64,000 nucleotides of DNA from Clostridia bacterium. Lineage in GTDB: Bacteria; Bacillota; Clostridia; UMGS1883; UMGS1540. The stretch spans positions 32,001-96,000 of the forward strand of contig JAZSIR010000008.1 in NCBI GenBank assembly GCA_045533905.1, in the 5' to 3' direction. Below, piece by piece: positions 9,942-21,251 of this stretch. Below the pieces are notes generated by a model. The model searched no databases, was not told the DNA's origin, and saw only the letters and a program-made list of their open reading frames with translations. The translations under genes and the position numbers were made by a program. Every line of letters starts with the position of its first letter. The first letter of the stretch is position 1.

Positions 9942-10071
9942 ACCTTTTGTCAGCTTCTGTATTTGTATATTACATACTTACCTATATTATAACAACATTT
10001 TCCGGATTAGTAAATACGATTTTGAAAAAAATATTTTTTTAATACTTTTTTAACGTTTTAGCGGTAAATGT

Positions 10072-10105
10072 AAAAACGGAGAAAGATTTCTCTTTCTCCG
10101 TTTTT
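10072..10105 (-). terminator. Intrinsic terminator
   Basis: AAAAACGGAGAAAG-loop-CTTTCTCCGTTTTT perfect stem. Confidence 0.75.
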
Positions 10106-10106
10106 C

Positions 10107-10310
10107 TTACTTGGAAGCCAGGTACGCGTTAATTTTGGCAATTAATTCGTCTGCATCCACACCATGCACCATACAGGCTGCTTCTACGCTTTCGCCGCTT
10201 GCCGAGGGGCAACCGAGGCAATGCATGCCGATTTCAAGGAAAAACGGTGCTGTGCCGGGATCGAGACGCAGAACGTCTGCAATAATTGTGTCTTTTGTGA
10301 TCTGTGCCAT
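10107..10310 (-). CDS. DUF1858-family small protein
   Basis: ITKDTII..., GMHCLGCPSASGESVEAACMVHG. Confidence 0.88.
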   Translation of the reverse strand: MAQITKDTIIADVLRLDPGTAPFFLEIGMHCLGCPSASGESVEAACMVHGVDADELIAKINAYLASK

Positions 10311-10376
10311 ATTTACACTTCCTTTCTTTGATATCACCTTATATTGTTATGCAAAACAATATCTACCTGATGCGGG

Positions 10377-11042
10377 CTACGCGCGGATTTCCTCCAGAAG
10401 CTTTGTAAGCGACCAGATTTCATCCGCATTCCTCTCTTTTCCCTTTGAAAGCCCTTCTATACGCTTTTCGATTTTTCCCGCCACACGCGCGGAAAGCTCC
10501 GGAAATAGAGGATGGTTTCTGTTTTTCCGCCCGACTAAAAGTTCAGCCTCCGTATAGGGCGTATCCTCACCAAGCTCTGCCACCAGAATGACATAAAGCT
10601 TTTCACCCTCACGGGCGATGGATTCCTTCCGGATACGAAAGCCGCCGTCTATAAGCGCTTTTCGAAGCTCACGGGCTGCCGTCATCGGCTGAAGAACGAG
10701 GCGAACACCTTCGAGATTTTCTGCACCCGACAGAATTTCCCAGATGAGGAGCCCACCCATTCCGGCTACTACAACCGTATCATAGCCGTGAAGCGATACG
10801 CCGCGCAAGCCGTTTGCCATCTGCACACCGACCTTACCGGAAAGCGAAAACCTTTCAATGTTTTCGCGGCTTCTCTCAATCGGGCCGGCATTCACATCCG
10901 TAGCAAGCGCCATACGTGCCGATTTTTCCCGTACGAGATAAATCGGCAGATAGGCATGGTCACTTCCAACGTCAATGACAGCTGCGCCTTCTTCTATCTG
11001 CGCCGCAATCTCCAAAAGACGCGGCGAAAGCAAACTATTCAA
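10377..11042 (-). CDS. trmK: tRNA (adenine-22-N1)-methyltransferase
   Basis: [26 protein letters not shown]; directly after sigA. Confidence 0.92.
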   Translation of the reverse strand: MNSLLSPRLLEIAAQIEEGAAVIDVGSDHAYLPIYLVREKSARMALATDVNAGPIERSRENIERFSLSGKVGVQMANGLRGVSLHGYDTVVVAGMGGLLIWEILSGAENLEGVRLVLQPMTAARELRKALIDGGFRIRKESIAREGEKLYVILVAELGEDTPYTEAELLVGRKNRNHPLFPELSARVAGKIEKRIEGLSKGKERNADEIWSLTKLLEEIRA

Positions 11043-12111
11043 GGAAATCCTTCAGTTTCTTGCTGCGGCTCGGGTGGCGCAGTTTCCGAAGTGCCTTTGC
11101 TTCAATCTGACGGATACGTTCACGCGTAACATCGAAAACCTTACCGACTTCTTCGAGGGTGCGCGGTCTGCCATCATCCAGACCAAAGCGGAGACGAAGT
11201 ACCTTTTCTTCGCGAGATGTGAGTGTATCGAGAACATCCATAAGCTGCTCTTTGAGCAGTGTGAATGAGGCCATTTCGCTCGGTGCGGGCGCATCGTCAT
11301 CCGGAATAAAGTCACCAAGGTGGCTGTCCTCTTCCTCACCGATCGGCGTTTCGAGGGAAACCGGTTCCTGCGCAATCTTCATAATTTCGCGCACTTTATC
11401 GATGGACATATTCATTTCCCGGGCAATTTCCTCAGGAAGCGGATCACGTCCAAGTTCCTGCAGAAGCTGGCGGGAAACGCGGATGAGCTTATTGATGGTT
11501 TCTACCATATGCACAGGTACGCGTATGGTACTTGCTTGGTCGGCAATGGCGCGGGTAATCGCCTGGCGAATCCACCATGTAGCGTAAGTGCTGAACTTAA
11601 AGCCCTTGGAATAGTCAAACTTTTCCACTGCCTTGATAAGACCAAGGTTACCTTCCTGAATAAGGTCAAGGAAAAGCATACCGCGGCCCACATATCGTTT
11701 GGCAATGCTAACAACAAGACGGAGGTTTGCCTCTGTAAGGCGCATCTTGGCTTCCTCATCGCCTTCTACCATACGCTGCGCCAGTTCTATTTCCTCTTCC
11801 GTGGCAAGAAGCGGTACCTTACCGATTTCTTTGAGGTACATACGTACGTGGTCATCCACATTGATGCCCTCGGGAAGACTTAAGTCAATTTCTTCCTCAT
11901 TGGTGGCGATTTGCTTGAGGTCCTCATCCATATCCTCCACGACCTCAATGCCCATCTGCTCCAGAGATTCGTATATTTTCTCTATCTGTTCGGCTTCGAT
12001 ATCCGTTTCTTCGAGGGATTCGTTGATTTCCTTATAGGACAGCATCCCCTTCTTTCTTCCCTTTTCAACTAAATCCTTGATAATAGCCTTCTTATTCGCA
12101 GTATCTGACAT
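11035..12111 (-). CDS. rpoD: RNA polymerase primary sigma factor
   Basis: [46 protein letters not shown]. Confidence 0.98.
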   Translation of the reverse strand: MSDTANKKAIIKDLVEKGRKKGMLSYKEINESLEETDIEAEQIEKIYESLEQMGIEVVEDMDEDLKQIATNEEEIDLSLPEGINVDDHVRMYLKEIGKVPLLATEEEIELAQRMVEGDEEAKMRLTEANLRLVVSIAKRYVGRGMLFLDLIQEGNLGLIKAVEKFDYSKGFKFSTYATWWIRQAITRAIADQASTIRVPVHMVETINKLIRVSRQLLQELGRDPLPEEIAREMNMSIDKVREIMKIAQEPVSLETPIGEEEDSHLGDFIPDDDAPAPSEMASFTLLKEQLMDVLDTLTSREEKVLRLRFGLDDGRPRTLEEVGKVFDVTRERIRQIEAKALRKLRHPSRSKKLKDFLE

Positions 12112-12113
12112 GG

Positions 12114-13835
12114 CTATCGTCCCCCTTCCTCGTTACCCTTATTTTTCATTAGTAACATATTAAGACGCGATATATCGCCGGATTCAATGGCTTCCTTTAC
12201 TTCGCGTTCCCGTTCTTCTTTATAAAGTGCCGCCAAAAGTTCTTCCATTGCGGCATCATTGTTGTCATAATTGACGGGCATATTCATCGCCGCTGCCGCA
12301 CGCGCCGCTTCGCCTTCTTCAAAGAGTGCCGCAATGTGTGCGGAATCATCCGTTTCGGAAAGCTTTTCCAGTATTTTAAGGTGTACCTCATCTTTTAAGA
12401 CAGCTAAAAGCTTGTCTTTATACTTTTTATACACCGCTTTATCTTTCAAACAAAGTGAAATCGCCTTTGCCGCCGTGTGGCTTTTGATAACGCCTTCGGG
12501 TGTGCGCACTTTTGGCTTGGCCACATTCCACTTTTCCTTTTTTTCTTCGCGTGTGCGCTTCTTTTCCACTTCTTTTTCAATGGCCGAGCCGAGGATTCCC
12601 GTCTCATTTGCAATCTGTTGGCGAAGAACATCGCGCTCCACACCGCTCGTAACAGTGCTGATTATCTTTGCCGCAGCTTCTGCATATTCTATTTTCTGCG
12701 TTTTATCACGAAGATCATACTTCTTACGAAGCTGCAGAATCTGGAAGCCGGCCGGCGTATCGGCTTTTTTTAAAATCTCTGAAAATTTCACGGCGCCGTT
12801 TGCTTTGATAAACTCATCCGGGTCCTTCCCGTCCGGCAGGGACAAGACGCGAAGCTTTACATCCACGCCGCGGAAAACCTCAATCGCGCGCATAGCCGCT
12901 TTTACACCTGCACCGTCTGTATCATAGCAAATGGTAACCTTTTCTGCATATTTTGCCGCAAGGCGCGCCTGCTCGGCCGTGAGTGCCGTGCCGAGAGAGG
13001 CCACTGCATTTTGTATACCGTTTTGGTAGAGGGAAATCACATCCATATACCCTTCCACCAGAATGATTTCCTTTTCTTTCTTGGCAAGCTGCAACGAAAA
13101 CAGATTCTGCCCTTTATTAAAAACGGGCGTTTCGGGCGAATTTAAGTATTTTACATTCCCCTCACCGAGGATGCGGCCGCCAAAGCCGATTACATTCCCG
13201 CGAACATCGATAATCGGGAACATAAGCCGGTCACGAAACCGGTCAATGACCTTTCCGGTTTTTGTAAAGGTAGAAACGCCCGCCTCGACAAGTTCTTCGC
13301 GACCGTAGCCGTTTCGGAGAAGATGCTTTGTAAGGAGATCCCAGTCATCCGGCGCGTAGCCAATGCCGTAGGTTTTAAGCGTTTCGCCCGTAAGCTTTCT
13401 TTTCTTTACATATTCCTGCGCCGTGCGCGCGGAGGGCAGATACAGCTGCTCACGGAAAAAGCGGGCCGATTCCTTATTAATTTCAAGGTATCTCTGCTTT
13501 CTCTCATACGCTTCCTTATCCTTTTCCGAGAAGGCCTCCGTATCAATGCGGATACCTGCGCGGTCAGCCAGAAAGCGGATGGCCTCCACAAAATCGAGAT
13601 GCTCTATATTCTTAACGAACTCTACAATATTGCCACCGGCACCGCAGCCGAAGCAATAGTAAAGCTGCCTGTCCGCCGTGACGTGGAAGGACGGCGTTTT
13701 TTCTTTATGAAACGGGCACAAACCGACATAAGAATTGCCGCTACGCCGAAGGCTTACATACTGCCCGACGAGCGCCACAATATCGTTAGCCGCTATAATT
13801 TCCTGAATCAGCTGATCCGGCAAACGCACCGCCAT
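12114..13835 (-). CDS. dnaG: DNA primase
   Basis: CPFH..KTPSF..CFGC zinc finger, [17 protein letters not shown]. Confidence 0.97.
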   Translation of the reverse strand: MAVRLPDQLIQEIIAANDIVALVGQYVSLRRSGNSYVGLCPFHKEKTPSFHVTADRQLYYCFGCGAGGNIVEFVKNIEHLDFVEAIRFLADRAGIRIDTEAFSEKDKEAYERKQRYLEINKESARFFREQLYLPSARTAQEYVKKRKLTGETLKTYGIGYAPDDWDLLTKHLLRNGYGREELVEAGVSTFTKTGKVIDRFRDRLMFPIIDVRGNVIGFGGRILGEGNVKYLNSPETPVFNKGQNLFSLQLAKKEKEIILVEGYMDVISLYQNGIQNAVASLGTALTAEQARLAAKYAEKVTICYDTDGAGVKAAMRAIEVFRGVDVKLRVLSLPDGKDPDEFIKANGAVKFSEILKKADTPAGFQILQLRKKYDLRDKTQKIEYAEAAAKIISTVTSGVERDVLRQQIANETGILGSAIEKEVEKKRTREEKKEKWNVAKPKVRTPEGVIKSHTAAKAISLCLKDKAVYKKYKDKLLAVLKDEVHLKILEKLSETDDSAHIAALFEEGEAARAAAAMNMPVNYDNNDAAMEELLAALYKEEREREVKEAIESGDISRLNMLLMKNKGNEEGGR

Positions 13836-13884
13836 TTCCTTCCTCTCTTTCGATATATTCAAACAAAAAAACTATCCTTTTCCC

Positions 13885-13912
13885 TTTTCGACAAACAATA
13901 TTTAATTCCTTC
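13885..13912 (-). promoter_or_regulatory. Putative SigH promoter overlapping a Spo0A box
   Basis: AGGA-N17-GAAA; TGTCGAA (0A box) at 13887-13893. Confidence 0.5.
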
Positions 13913-14015
13913 TTTTTTTCCAACTTTTTTTATTTTGAAAAAGCAAAACACTGCCGGCAAAAATACCTGACAGTGTATAAGCTTTACCTATATTTACATT
14001 TTTATGCAAAACCCT

Positions 14016-15008
14016 TTATCTGTACCATCCTTTGGGGATAAAGTGCTGCTTGTAGGTGTGGGTTGCATACGTATCCGTCATACCTGCAATGGAGTCGATA
14101 ATCTGTCTTTCCTCCCACGTGGCATCCCCTGCCTTTCCGCCGGGCAAAAGGTGAAAGTTCTCTTTGAAGAAGAAAAACAGACTCTCAATCATATCTCCCG
14201 CCTTTTTTTCTTCTGTTTTCGCTTCCGAACCGACATAGACCGTGCGGAACATAAAGGCGCGCAGCTCCTGCATAGCCTCCTCCACCTCGCGGCTCATTAA
14301 AATCGCCGGCTTATCCATACTGTTTTCAACGATATCCAACACCATCGTATCAATTCTCTGCCCGTGTGTGGTGCCCAGAGTGCGGGCACATTCCTTCGGG
14401 ATCTCCTCCGCACGGATAATACCGCCGCGGATGGCATCGTCGATATCGTGATTGATGTAGGCAATTCTGTCGGCAATAGAGATAATTTCCCCCTCAAGGG
14501 TTTTGGCCTTTTGGTCGCCTGTGTGGCACACGATGCCGTCGCGCACCTCTTCCGTAAGATTTAATCCCGTTCCGTTTTCCAGAACATCCACAACGCGGAG
14601 GCTCTGCTCATTATGGCGAAACCCGAAGGTGCTTACGCGGTCGAGTGCGCGCTCACCTTCGTGCCCAAACGGCGCGTGGCCGAGGTCATGCCCGAGGGCT
14701 ATGGCCTCCGTCAAATCCTCATTGAGACGAAGCGCCCTTGCGATGGTGCGCGCAATCTGCGCAACCTCCAAGGTGTGGGTAAGACGCGTTCTGTAATGGT
14801 CCCCTTCCGGCGTTATAAAGACCTGTGTTTTGTGTTTTAAGCGGCGAAACGCTTTGGAATGGATAATCTTATCACGGTCACGTTGAAACGCCGTGCGCAT
14901 CTCGCACTTTTCCGCCGGTTCGCGCCTGCCAAGCGTGGAAGCCGCAAGGCACGCGTAGGGGGATAATATTTTCTTTTCCAGTTCTTCCTGTCGCTCTCTG
15001 ATATTCAC
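14016..15008 (-). CDS. dgt: dGTP triphosphohydrolase-like HD protein
   Basis: FQRDRD, FRRLKHKTQVF, RTRLTH, HDLGHAPFGH. Confidence 0.93.
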   Translation of the reverse strand: MNIRERQEELEKKILSPYACLAASTLGRREPAEKCEMRTAFQRDRDKIIHSKAFRRLKHKTQVFITPEGDHYRTRLTHTLEVAQIARTIARALRLNEDLTEAIALGHDLGHAPFGHEGERALDRVSTFGFRHNEQSLRVVDVLENGTGLNLTEEVRDGIVCHTGDQKAKTLEGEIISIADRIAYINHDIDDAIRGGIIRAEEIPKECARTLGTTHGQRIDTMVLDIVENSMDKPAILMSREVEEAMQELRAFMFRTVYVGSEAKTEEKKAGDMIESLFFFFKENFHLLPGGKAGDATWEERQIIDSIAGMTDTYATHTYKQHFIPKGWYR

Positions 15009-15028
15009 AAAGGGTTCCTCCCCTCGTT

Positions 15029-15598
15029 TTATTTCTGCAGTTCCAGAATACGTGCCGCAAGAGATTCACAGCGGCTTTTGGCAAAGGCATCCTCGTTTGC
15101 GGGACGTGAAGCACATACACCGAGATGCCCGGCATCCACCGCGTGGGAGCCCGGGCCTAAAATGCACATCCCGTGCACCAGCATCGAGTCCTGCATGGCG
15201 CGCACGGTGGCTTCCTGCCCGCCGTATTTCGAAGCGCCGCAGGAGATGGCCGCGCCGTATTTCCCGATAAACGCTTTTTCCCCGCGGTACGCGCGGCTTT
15301 TATCAAAAAGTGCCTTCATCTGTGCGCTGGGGCCGCCGAAGTATACGGGGCTTCCGAATAAAATCACATCTGCACGCTTCATTTTTTCAAAAATGGTTTC
15401 CACTCCCGTACCTTTGAAGCAGACCTTCCGGCACGGTGTCTGGCAATTGGTGCAGAACGGTCTTTCCAGCTTCCCGATTTCTTCTGCCACGTGGAGAAGC
15501 TCCGTTTCCACGCCCGGCAGTTTTTCCAGAATACTGCGCAGAAGGTATGCAATATTTCCGTCCTTATTGGGACTGCCGTTCAGTGCGCATACATACAT
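15029..15598 (-). CDS. Iron-sulfur flavoprotein (flavodoxin / FMN reductase fold)
   Basis: NGSPN..GN, Cys cluster CTNCQTPC..VC, GSPVY, GGQE. Confidence 0.85.
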   Translation of the reverse strand: MYVCALNGSPNKDGNIAYLLRSILEKLPGVETELLHVAEEIGKLERPFCTNCQTPCRKVCFKGTGVETIFEKMKRADVILFGSPVYFGGPSAQMKALFDKSRAYRGEKAFIGKYGAAISCGASKYGGQEATVRAMQDSMLVHGMCILGPGSHAVDAGHLGVCASRPANEDAFAKSRCESLAARILELQK

Positions 15599-15599
15599 A

Positions 15600-16424
15600 T
15601 TACATCTTCCTTTCTATAAGGCTTTCGGCAAGTGCACGAAGGGCATTTGCCTTTTCCCCGAAAGGTGCAAGCGCCTCTATGGCCGCTTCTGTATAGGAAT
15701 GCACCCATTCTTTCCCCCTGGCAAGCCCTATGCACGAAATCACGGTGTTCTTATCGTTCTTGATATCGCTGTTTGTGGGTTTTCCGAGAAGGGCCGCATC
15801 GCCTTCGATATCGAGAATATCATCCCGAATCTGAAATGCCACGCCGAGATTTTCCGCAAAGGTGCGCAGTTCTTCTCCTTCGCCCCCTGCTGCAATCGCA
15901 CCAAGGGAAACGGCGGCAGATATAAGCGCGCCCGTTTTATAGCGATACATTTCGAGAATTTCTTCGGCACCGGCGTTATGGAGCGTCATATCCCGCACCT
16001 GGCCCTCTACCATACCATATGCGCCTGCACTTTCAGAAAGAACGCGGACGGCCGCAAGATTCTGTCTTTCGGAAAGCGGGGCATTTGCGGCAATGGAAAA
16101 TGCAAGCGTTAAAAGCCCGTCACCGGCGAGAATCGCGGTTGCTTCATCAAAGGCCTTATGGCATGTGGGACGGCCGCGGCGAAGATCGTCATCGTCCATA
16201 CTCGGCAAATCATCGTGAATCAGCGAATATGTATGAATACATTCGAGCGCCGCACCATAGGGAATTGCATCCTCTGCGCGCCCGCCGAGCGCTTTGGCTG
16301 AAAGCATCGCAAGATGCGGGCGAAGGCGCTTCCCGCCGCCGAGGAGGCTATACCGCATTGCATCGTAAAGGCGGCCTTCTTCTTTTATAAGCGTTTCTAA
16401 ATACGCCTCAATCTTCCTTATCAT
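15600..16424 (-). CDS. ispA: Farnesyl/geranylgeranyl diphosphate synthase
   Basis: GGKRLRP, HDDLPSMDDDDLRRG, FQIRDD. Confidence 0.93.
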   Translation of the reverse strand: MIRKIEAYLETLIKEEGRLYDAMRYSLLGGGKRLRPHLAMLSAKALGGRAEDAIPYGAALECIHTYSLIHDDLPSMDDDDLRRGRPTCHKAFDEATAILAGDGLLTLAFSIAANAPLSERQNLAAVRVLSESAGAYGMVEGQVRDMTLHNAGAEEILEMYRYKTGALISAAVSLGAIAAGGEGEELRTFAENLGVAFQIRDDILDIEGDAALLGKPTNSDIKNDKNTVISCIGLARGKEWVHSYTEAAIEALAPFGEKANALRALAESLIERKM

Positions 16425-16605
16425 CCTTCATTTCTCCCATCAAAGTTTCTACCTGCTTCTGGGCTTTATCTAAAAGCTTCCGGCAATCCCCAAGTAAGTG
16501 GATTCCTTTTTCAAATTCCGCAATCGATTCCTCAATCGGCATTTCGCCTGCCTCGAGTTTTTTTACGATTACCTCGAGTTCCTTAATGGATTCTTCAAAT
16601 CCCAT
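16408..16605 (-). CDS. xseB: Exodeoxyribonuclease VII small subunit
   Basis: FEESIKELE.IV.KLE...FEKG; adjacent to xseA. Confidence 0.93.
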   Translation of the reverse strand: MGFEESIKELEVIVKKLEAGEMPIEESIAEFEKGIHLLGDCRKLLDKAQKQVETLMGEMKDDKED

Positions 16606-17809
16606 ATTTCTCGCTCCTTTCGACATTCAGGACGCGGCAGAGTGCCGCGCCGTCCGTAAACCGAACGGAAATTTCATCGTTTTCCGAAAGATCGGCCGCC
16701 GTTTTCAGCACCTTTCCGCCGCGCGAGGTCACGGTATACCCACGCGCCATAACGCGAAGCGGCGAAAGCGCATCCAGCGCCGTGGCGCTTTGCAAAAGTC
16801 TTCTTTCCGCCTTTTCAAGACCTGCGGCCATGGCCGCCTCGGCTCTTGTAGTCAGCGTATCCACCGCGATGGAAAGCTCATCCATACGGCGTTTTTCCAC
16901 GAGTAGGCGGCTCGTAAATGCACGGAGGCGCTCCCGTCTCCGGCTCACCATAAGTGCCAGTGTATTCGTCATTCGTTTTTCCATTGCGGAAAGTGTCGCA
17001 CGCACCTCACCGATATCCGGCACCGCAAGCTCTGCAGCTGCCGACGGTGTAGGCGCACGAAGGTCTGCCACAAAGTCGCAAATCGTGAAATCCGTTTCGT
17101 GGCCGACTGCGGATATAACAGGAATCTCGGAAGCCGCTACCGCGCGAGCCAGTACCTCTTCATTAAAAGCCCACAAATCCTCCTGCGAGCCGCCACCGCG
17201 GCCAACAATCAGAACATCCGCTTCCTTTTCCGTATTAAACTGCCGAATTGCGGCGGCAACGTCCTCCGCCGCCCCTGTGCCCTGTACCTGCACCGGATGC
17301 AAAACGATTCTGGCCATAGGCCAGCGTCTTTTCAGTATATTGCATATATCCTGAATAGCCGCGCCCGTCGCACTTGTGGCAACGCCGACGCACTTCGGAT
17401 AGGCCGGAATCGATTTTTTGCGTGATGCCTCAAAAAGGCCTTCATCGCGAAGCTTTGCCTTCAGTTTTTCAAAGGCAACAAAAAGTGCACCCTCGCCTTC
17501 CTTTTCCATTTCATCGATATAAAGCTGGTACGCCCCATCGCGCGGATAGGCAGAGATTCTGCCACGGGCAATGACCTGCATTCCGTTTTCGGGCATAAAA
17601 CGAAGCGACGCTACTGCGCCTTTGAACATGACCGCACGCAGCACGCCGCCACCGTCCTTAAGGCTTAAATACATATGCCCCGAGTAATGCAGCTTAAAAT
17701 TCGATATCTCCCCCTGCACCCAAATATTCTGCAGAATCGGGTCAGAGTCGAGCGTATTCTTTATGTAAGCATTGATCTGGCTTACAGCCACAATTCTCCG
17801 CTCGCTCAT
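16595..17809 (-). CDS. xseA: Exodeoxyribonuclease VII large subunit
   Basis: GEISN, RGGGS.EDLWAFN, GHETD, PTPSAAAE. Confidence 0.96.
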   Translation of the reverse strand: MSERRIVAVSQINAYIKNTLDSDPILQNIWVQGEISNFKLHYSGHMYLSLKDGGGVLRAVMFKGAVASLRFMPENGMQVIARGRISAYPRDGAYQLYIDEMEKEGEGALFVAFEKLKAKLRDEGLFEASRKKSIPAYPKCVGVATSATGAAIQDICNILKRRWPMARIVLHPVQVQGTGAAEDVAAAIRQFNTEKEADVLIVGRGGGSQEDLWAFNEEVLARAVAASEIPVISAVGHETDFTICDFVADLRAPTPSAAAELAVPDIGEVRATLSAMEKRMTNTLALMVSRRRERLRAFTSRLLVEKRRMDELSIAVDTLTTRAEAAMAAGLEKAERRLLQSATALDALSPLRVMARGYTVTSRGGKVLKTAADLSENDEISVRFTDGAALCRVLNVERSEKYGI

Positions 17810-18240
17810 TTGGCGCGGATTACATTGCCCAAAACGCCGTTTACGAACGAACCGGCAGCGGGACTGTCATATTTCTTTGCGAGCTGTACGGCTTCGCTTG
17901 CAGAAACCTCATCGGGGATATCCTCCATAAAGAGAATCTCATAAAGCGCAAGCCGAAGCACCGCAATACTGATTTTGGAAACGCGTTCCATCTCCCAGTC
18001 CTTGAGGTTTTCGCGGATATGTGTATCAATCTCCGAAATGCGGCTTTCCACGCCTTCTACAACCGCGCGCATATACTCTGTATCTGCCACGGAGGGGCGG
18101 TTGATATAAAACGGTTCTTTTTCGCCGCGTTCTTCTTTCGCCGTCTCAAAATATCTTTCGAGTTTTTCTTTCGCTTCCTCGGGATTTACGTGCTGTTCGA
18201 ACAGAATCCGAAAAGCATCCTCTCTTGCATTTTTTCTCAT
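17806..18240 (-). CDS. nusB: Transcription antitermination factor NusB
   Basis: AREDAF, LRLALYE, EAV.LAKKY, FVNGVL. Confidence 0.94.
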   Translation of the reverse strand: MRKNAREDAFRILFEQHVNPEEAKEKLERYFETAKEERGEKEPFYINRPSVADTEYMRAVVEGVESRISEIDTHIRENLKDWEMERVSKISIAVLRLALYEILFMEDIPDEVSASEAVQLAKKYDSPAAGSFVNGVLGNVIRAK

Positions 18241-18252
18241 ATGAATTCCTCT

Positions 18253-19266
18253 CTATGCAAACAGTTTTTGAATATCTGAAAATGTAATCAGTACCATTAA
18301 AAGCATCAAAAGTGCAAAACCTATAAAGTGCACAAATCCTTCGTGTTCCGGCTTTATGGGCTTTCTGCGGATAAGCTCGACCAGAATGAAGAAAATGCGG
18401 CCGCCGTCCAGCGCCGGAATCGGCAGAAGGTTCATAACGCCAAGATTTACCGCGATAAGCCCCATAAAATTAAGGAGAGACAAAAGGGGCATTGCGGAAC
18501 TTGCCGCCGATTGCATTTCGCTTACAATGCCTACGGGGCCCGCCATTTCGGAAAGCTTGACACCTCCGCTTATAAGCCTTGTGAAGGAATAAATAACAAG
18601 CTTTACCACAAAGGATGTATTATAAAATGCCGTTTTCACCGAAAGCGCAGGCGTCATTTCCATAATCTTCGGATAAAACCCCAGAATATAGCCGCCGCTT
18701 TCCTCGCTGTATGCAGGTGTTAAAGATACACGAATCTTTTCTTCGCCGCGGCGCACTGTGACGGGCGTCTCTTTCCCGCCGTTTTTCATAAGTGCAAGCG
18801 TTACATCATTCTGGATATGCACACGGCTACCGTCAATTTCTACAATGACGTCGCCCGGCATAAGGCCTGCGGCCTCAGCGGGTGAACCGGCGACTACGCG
18901 GTCAATTTCTGGCACATAAGTCTCGCCCACAAAGGAAAAGACAAGAAGAAAAACCAAAAGGCCTGCGATGATATTCATAAATCCGCCTGCAAAAAGCACA
19001 AGCATGCGGGCAAGCGGGTGTTTGTTACCAAAAGCCGCAGCATCCTCCGAGCTTTCATCCTCGCCGAGAAGCTTTACATAGCCGCCGACAGGCAGAAGCC
19101 GGAGAGAATATAAAACACCGCCCTTTTCTTTTTTCCAGACAGCAGGGCCCATACCAATGGAAAACTCGTGTACCCGGATACCAAAAAGGCGAGCCGCCAG
19201 AAAGTGGCCGAGTTCATGTACAAAAATCAGAAGACCGAAAAGTAAAACGCCGACGAGAATAATCAT
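18253..19266 (-). CDS. rseP: RIP metalloprotease (M50 with PDZ domain)
   Basis: HELGH, NLLPIPALDGG, PDZ-like GSPAEAAGL. Confidence 0.94.
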   Translation of the reverse strand: MIILVGVLLFGLLIFVHELGHFLAARLFGIRVHEFSIGMGPAVWKKEKGGVLYSLRLLPVGGYVKLLGEDESSEDAAAFGNKHPLARMLVLFAGGFMNIIAGLLVFLLVFSFVGETYVPEIDRVVAGSPAEAAGLMPGDVIVEIDGSRVHIQNDVTLALMKNGGKETPVTVRRGEEKIRVSLTPAYSEESGGYILGFYPKIMEMTPALSVKTAFYNTSFVVKLVIYSFTRLISGGVKLSEMAGPVGIVSEMQSAASSAMPLLSLLNFMGLIAVNLGVMNLLPIPALDGGRIFFILVELIRRKPIKPEHEGFVHFIGFALLMLLMVLITFSDIQKLFA

Positions 19267-20417
19267 TTCTGCATCCCTTCCCAAAGCGTCTGCACCTTTT
19301 CCCGTGCCCACGCATCTGTATCTATTATACACGAAAGCGTGGGATTTATAACCGTTTTGTGGGCTTCCATCGTTTTTGCGACAAGCGTTTCAATATCCAG
19401 AAAACGGCATTTTCCGGAGAGAAACAGCGCAACTGCCGCTTCGCCCGCGCCACTGTAAACCGTGGGCAGTGTGCCGCCTTTTTCTGCAGCAGCAAATCCA
19501 AGGCGAAGGCAACCGAAGGTTTCCATATCCGGCTTTTCAAAAGTAAGCGTCATCGCCTCTTCAAAATCCAGCGGGCGCGTAGGCGTTTTTTCGCAATCCG
19601 GATAGGCAAGTGCATATCCTATCGGCAGGCGCATATCCGGCCAGCCAAGCTGGGCAATGACGGAATGATCGCGAAACTCGACCATAGAATGGACGATACT
19701 TTGTCTATGTAAAACAACCTCAATCTGCGAAGGCGCCACGCCAAAAAGCTGCACCGCTTCAATAACTTCAAGCCCCTTATTCATCATACTGGCGCTGTCA
19801 ATTGTGATTTTAGCTCCCATACTCCAGTTCGGGTGTTTTAATGCATCTGCCGCGGTAACGGCATCAAGGTCTTCTCTCTTTTTCCCCGCGAAAGGACCGC
19901 CAGAAGCGGTCAGAAATATGCGGTTTACATCCGCATACTTTTCGCCAATGCATTGAAAAATGGCGCTGTGCTCGCTATCGACCGGCACAATTTTGACACC
20001 GTGTTCCTTTGCGGCAGCACGGACAAGGTCACCTGCACATACCATAGTTTCCTTATTGGCAAGTGCAATATCGCTTCCCGCTTCAATCGCATCCAGCGTC
20101 GGCAAAATACCGATGCTGCCTACCATAGCCGTCACGGTAATATCGGCACCGTTTTCTCTCGCTACCTCGCGAACGCCAGAGAGGGTGGCTACGATTTTCG
20201 TATCCGTATCCGCAACGCGTGTGCGAAGTTCCTTTGCAAAAGCTTCTTCGTACACGGCCGCAATTTTCGGGCGGAATTCGCGAATCTGCTTTTCCAGAAG
20301 GTCAATATTTCTGGCGGCGGCCAGTGCCGTCACCTCGTATTTATCAGAATTTCGGATGATATCCAGAGCCTGTGTTCCGATGGAACCGGTAGACCCCAGT
20401 ATACAAACTTTTTTCAA
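19263..20417 (-). CDS. dxr: 1-deoxy-D-xylulose-5-phosphate reductoisomerase
   Basis: LGSTGSIG, ALANKE, PVDSEHSAIFQ, HPNWSMGAKITIDSA. Confidence 0.97.
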   Translation of the reverse strand: MKKVCILGSTGSIGTQALDIIRNSDKYEVTALAAARNIDLLEKQIREFRPKIAAVYEEAFAKELRTRVADTDTKIVATLSGVREVARENGADITVTAMVGSIGILPTLDAIEAGSDIALANKETMVCAGDLVRAAAKEHGVKIVPVDSEHSAIFQCIGEKYADVNRIFLTASGGPFAGKKREDLDAVTAADALKHPNWSMGAKITIDSASMMNKGLEVIEAVQLFGVAPSQIEVVLHRQSIVHSMVEFRDHSVIAQLGWPDMRLPIGYALAYPDCEKTPTRPLDFEEAMTLTFEKPDMETFGCLRLGFAAAEKGGTLPTVYSGAGEAAVALFLSGKCRFLDIETLVAKTMEAHKTVINPTLSCIIDTDAWAREKVQTLWEGMQK

Positions 20418-20438
20418 TTCGTTTTCCTTCCTCTTGTA

Positions 20439-21251
20439 TCAGAGTGCAAGTAAAAGATACAAATAAATCGCCGGTGCTACAAACAGGATGCTGTCAAACC
20501 GATCCATGGCACCCCCGTGCCCGGGCATAATTTTACCGTAATCCTTAACGCCATACTGTCTTTTGATAACAGAAGCCACAAGGTCTCCCACCTGGCCGCA
20601 CGCGGAAGCAAAGAGCCCGCCAATGCACATCCCAAAAGGAGAAAGATCCCCCGCCTTTTCGCCAAAGATAGCTGCAAAAAGGAAAAAGCAGATCGCCGTG
20701 CCCACGGCCCCGCCTATGGCGCCTTCCACCGTTTTTTTCGGGCTTACCTCAGGAATAAGCTTTCTTTTGCCGAGGAAGCAACCGGTGAAGTAGGCCGCAC
20801 TGTCACTCACCCACGCGCCGATAAATACGAGCCAGATAAGGTACGCGCCCTGCGGCATCATACGGATTTTCGTAATGCATCCCATAAAACTGCCGATAAA
20901 AAGGGCGAAAAGGAACATCAGCCCCACCTCGCCCGCAGCGAGTGTTTTATGGCGAACGAGAAGTGCGATAAGGACTATGAGTAAAAAGAGGCAAACCGCC
21001 ACTTCAATAAATTGCGGCGGTATAATCCCTGCGCCAAGGCTTGCCGCAAAAATCGCTGACGGCAAAACCAGAAGGCTATGAAGCTTTGCGGCGCGGAAAA
21101 GTTCCCAGACCATAAGGACGGAAACAAGTGCCACGCCTATTCTGAGCGGCCATTCTCCCAAAAAGACAACAAGAAGCAGCAAAATGGCGCCAAGTATACC
21201 AGATATCACTCTTTTTTGCAAAGAAGAGCGCTCCTTTCTTTTGTGCGGCAT
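20439..21251 (-). CDS. cdsA: Phosphatidate cytidylyltransferase (true start may be TTG at 21221)
   Basis: SPKKTVEG, GDLVAS.IKR..GVKD, PGHGG.MDRFDS. Confidence 0.95.
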   Translation of the reverse strand: MPHKRKERSSLQKRVISGILGAILLLLVVFLGEWPLRIGVALVSVLMVWELFRAAKLHSLLVLPSAIFAASLGAGIIPPQFIEVAVCLFLLIVLIALLVRHKTLAAGEVGLMFLFALFIGSFMGCITKIRMMPQGAYLIWLVFIGAWVSDSAAYFTGCFLGKRKLIPEVSPKKTVEGAIGGAVGTAICFFLFAAIFGEKAGDLSPFGMCIGGLFASACGQVGDLVASVIKRQYGVKDYGKIMPGHGGAMDRFDSILFVAPAIYLYLLLAL

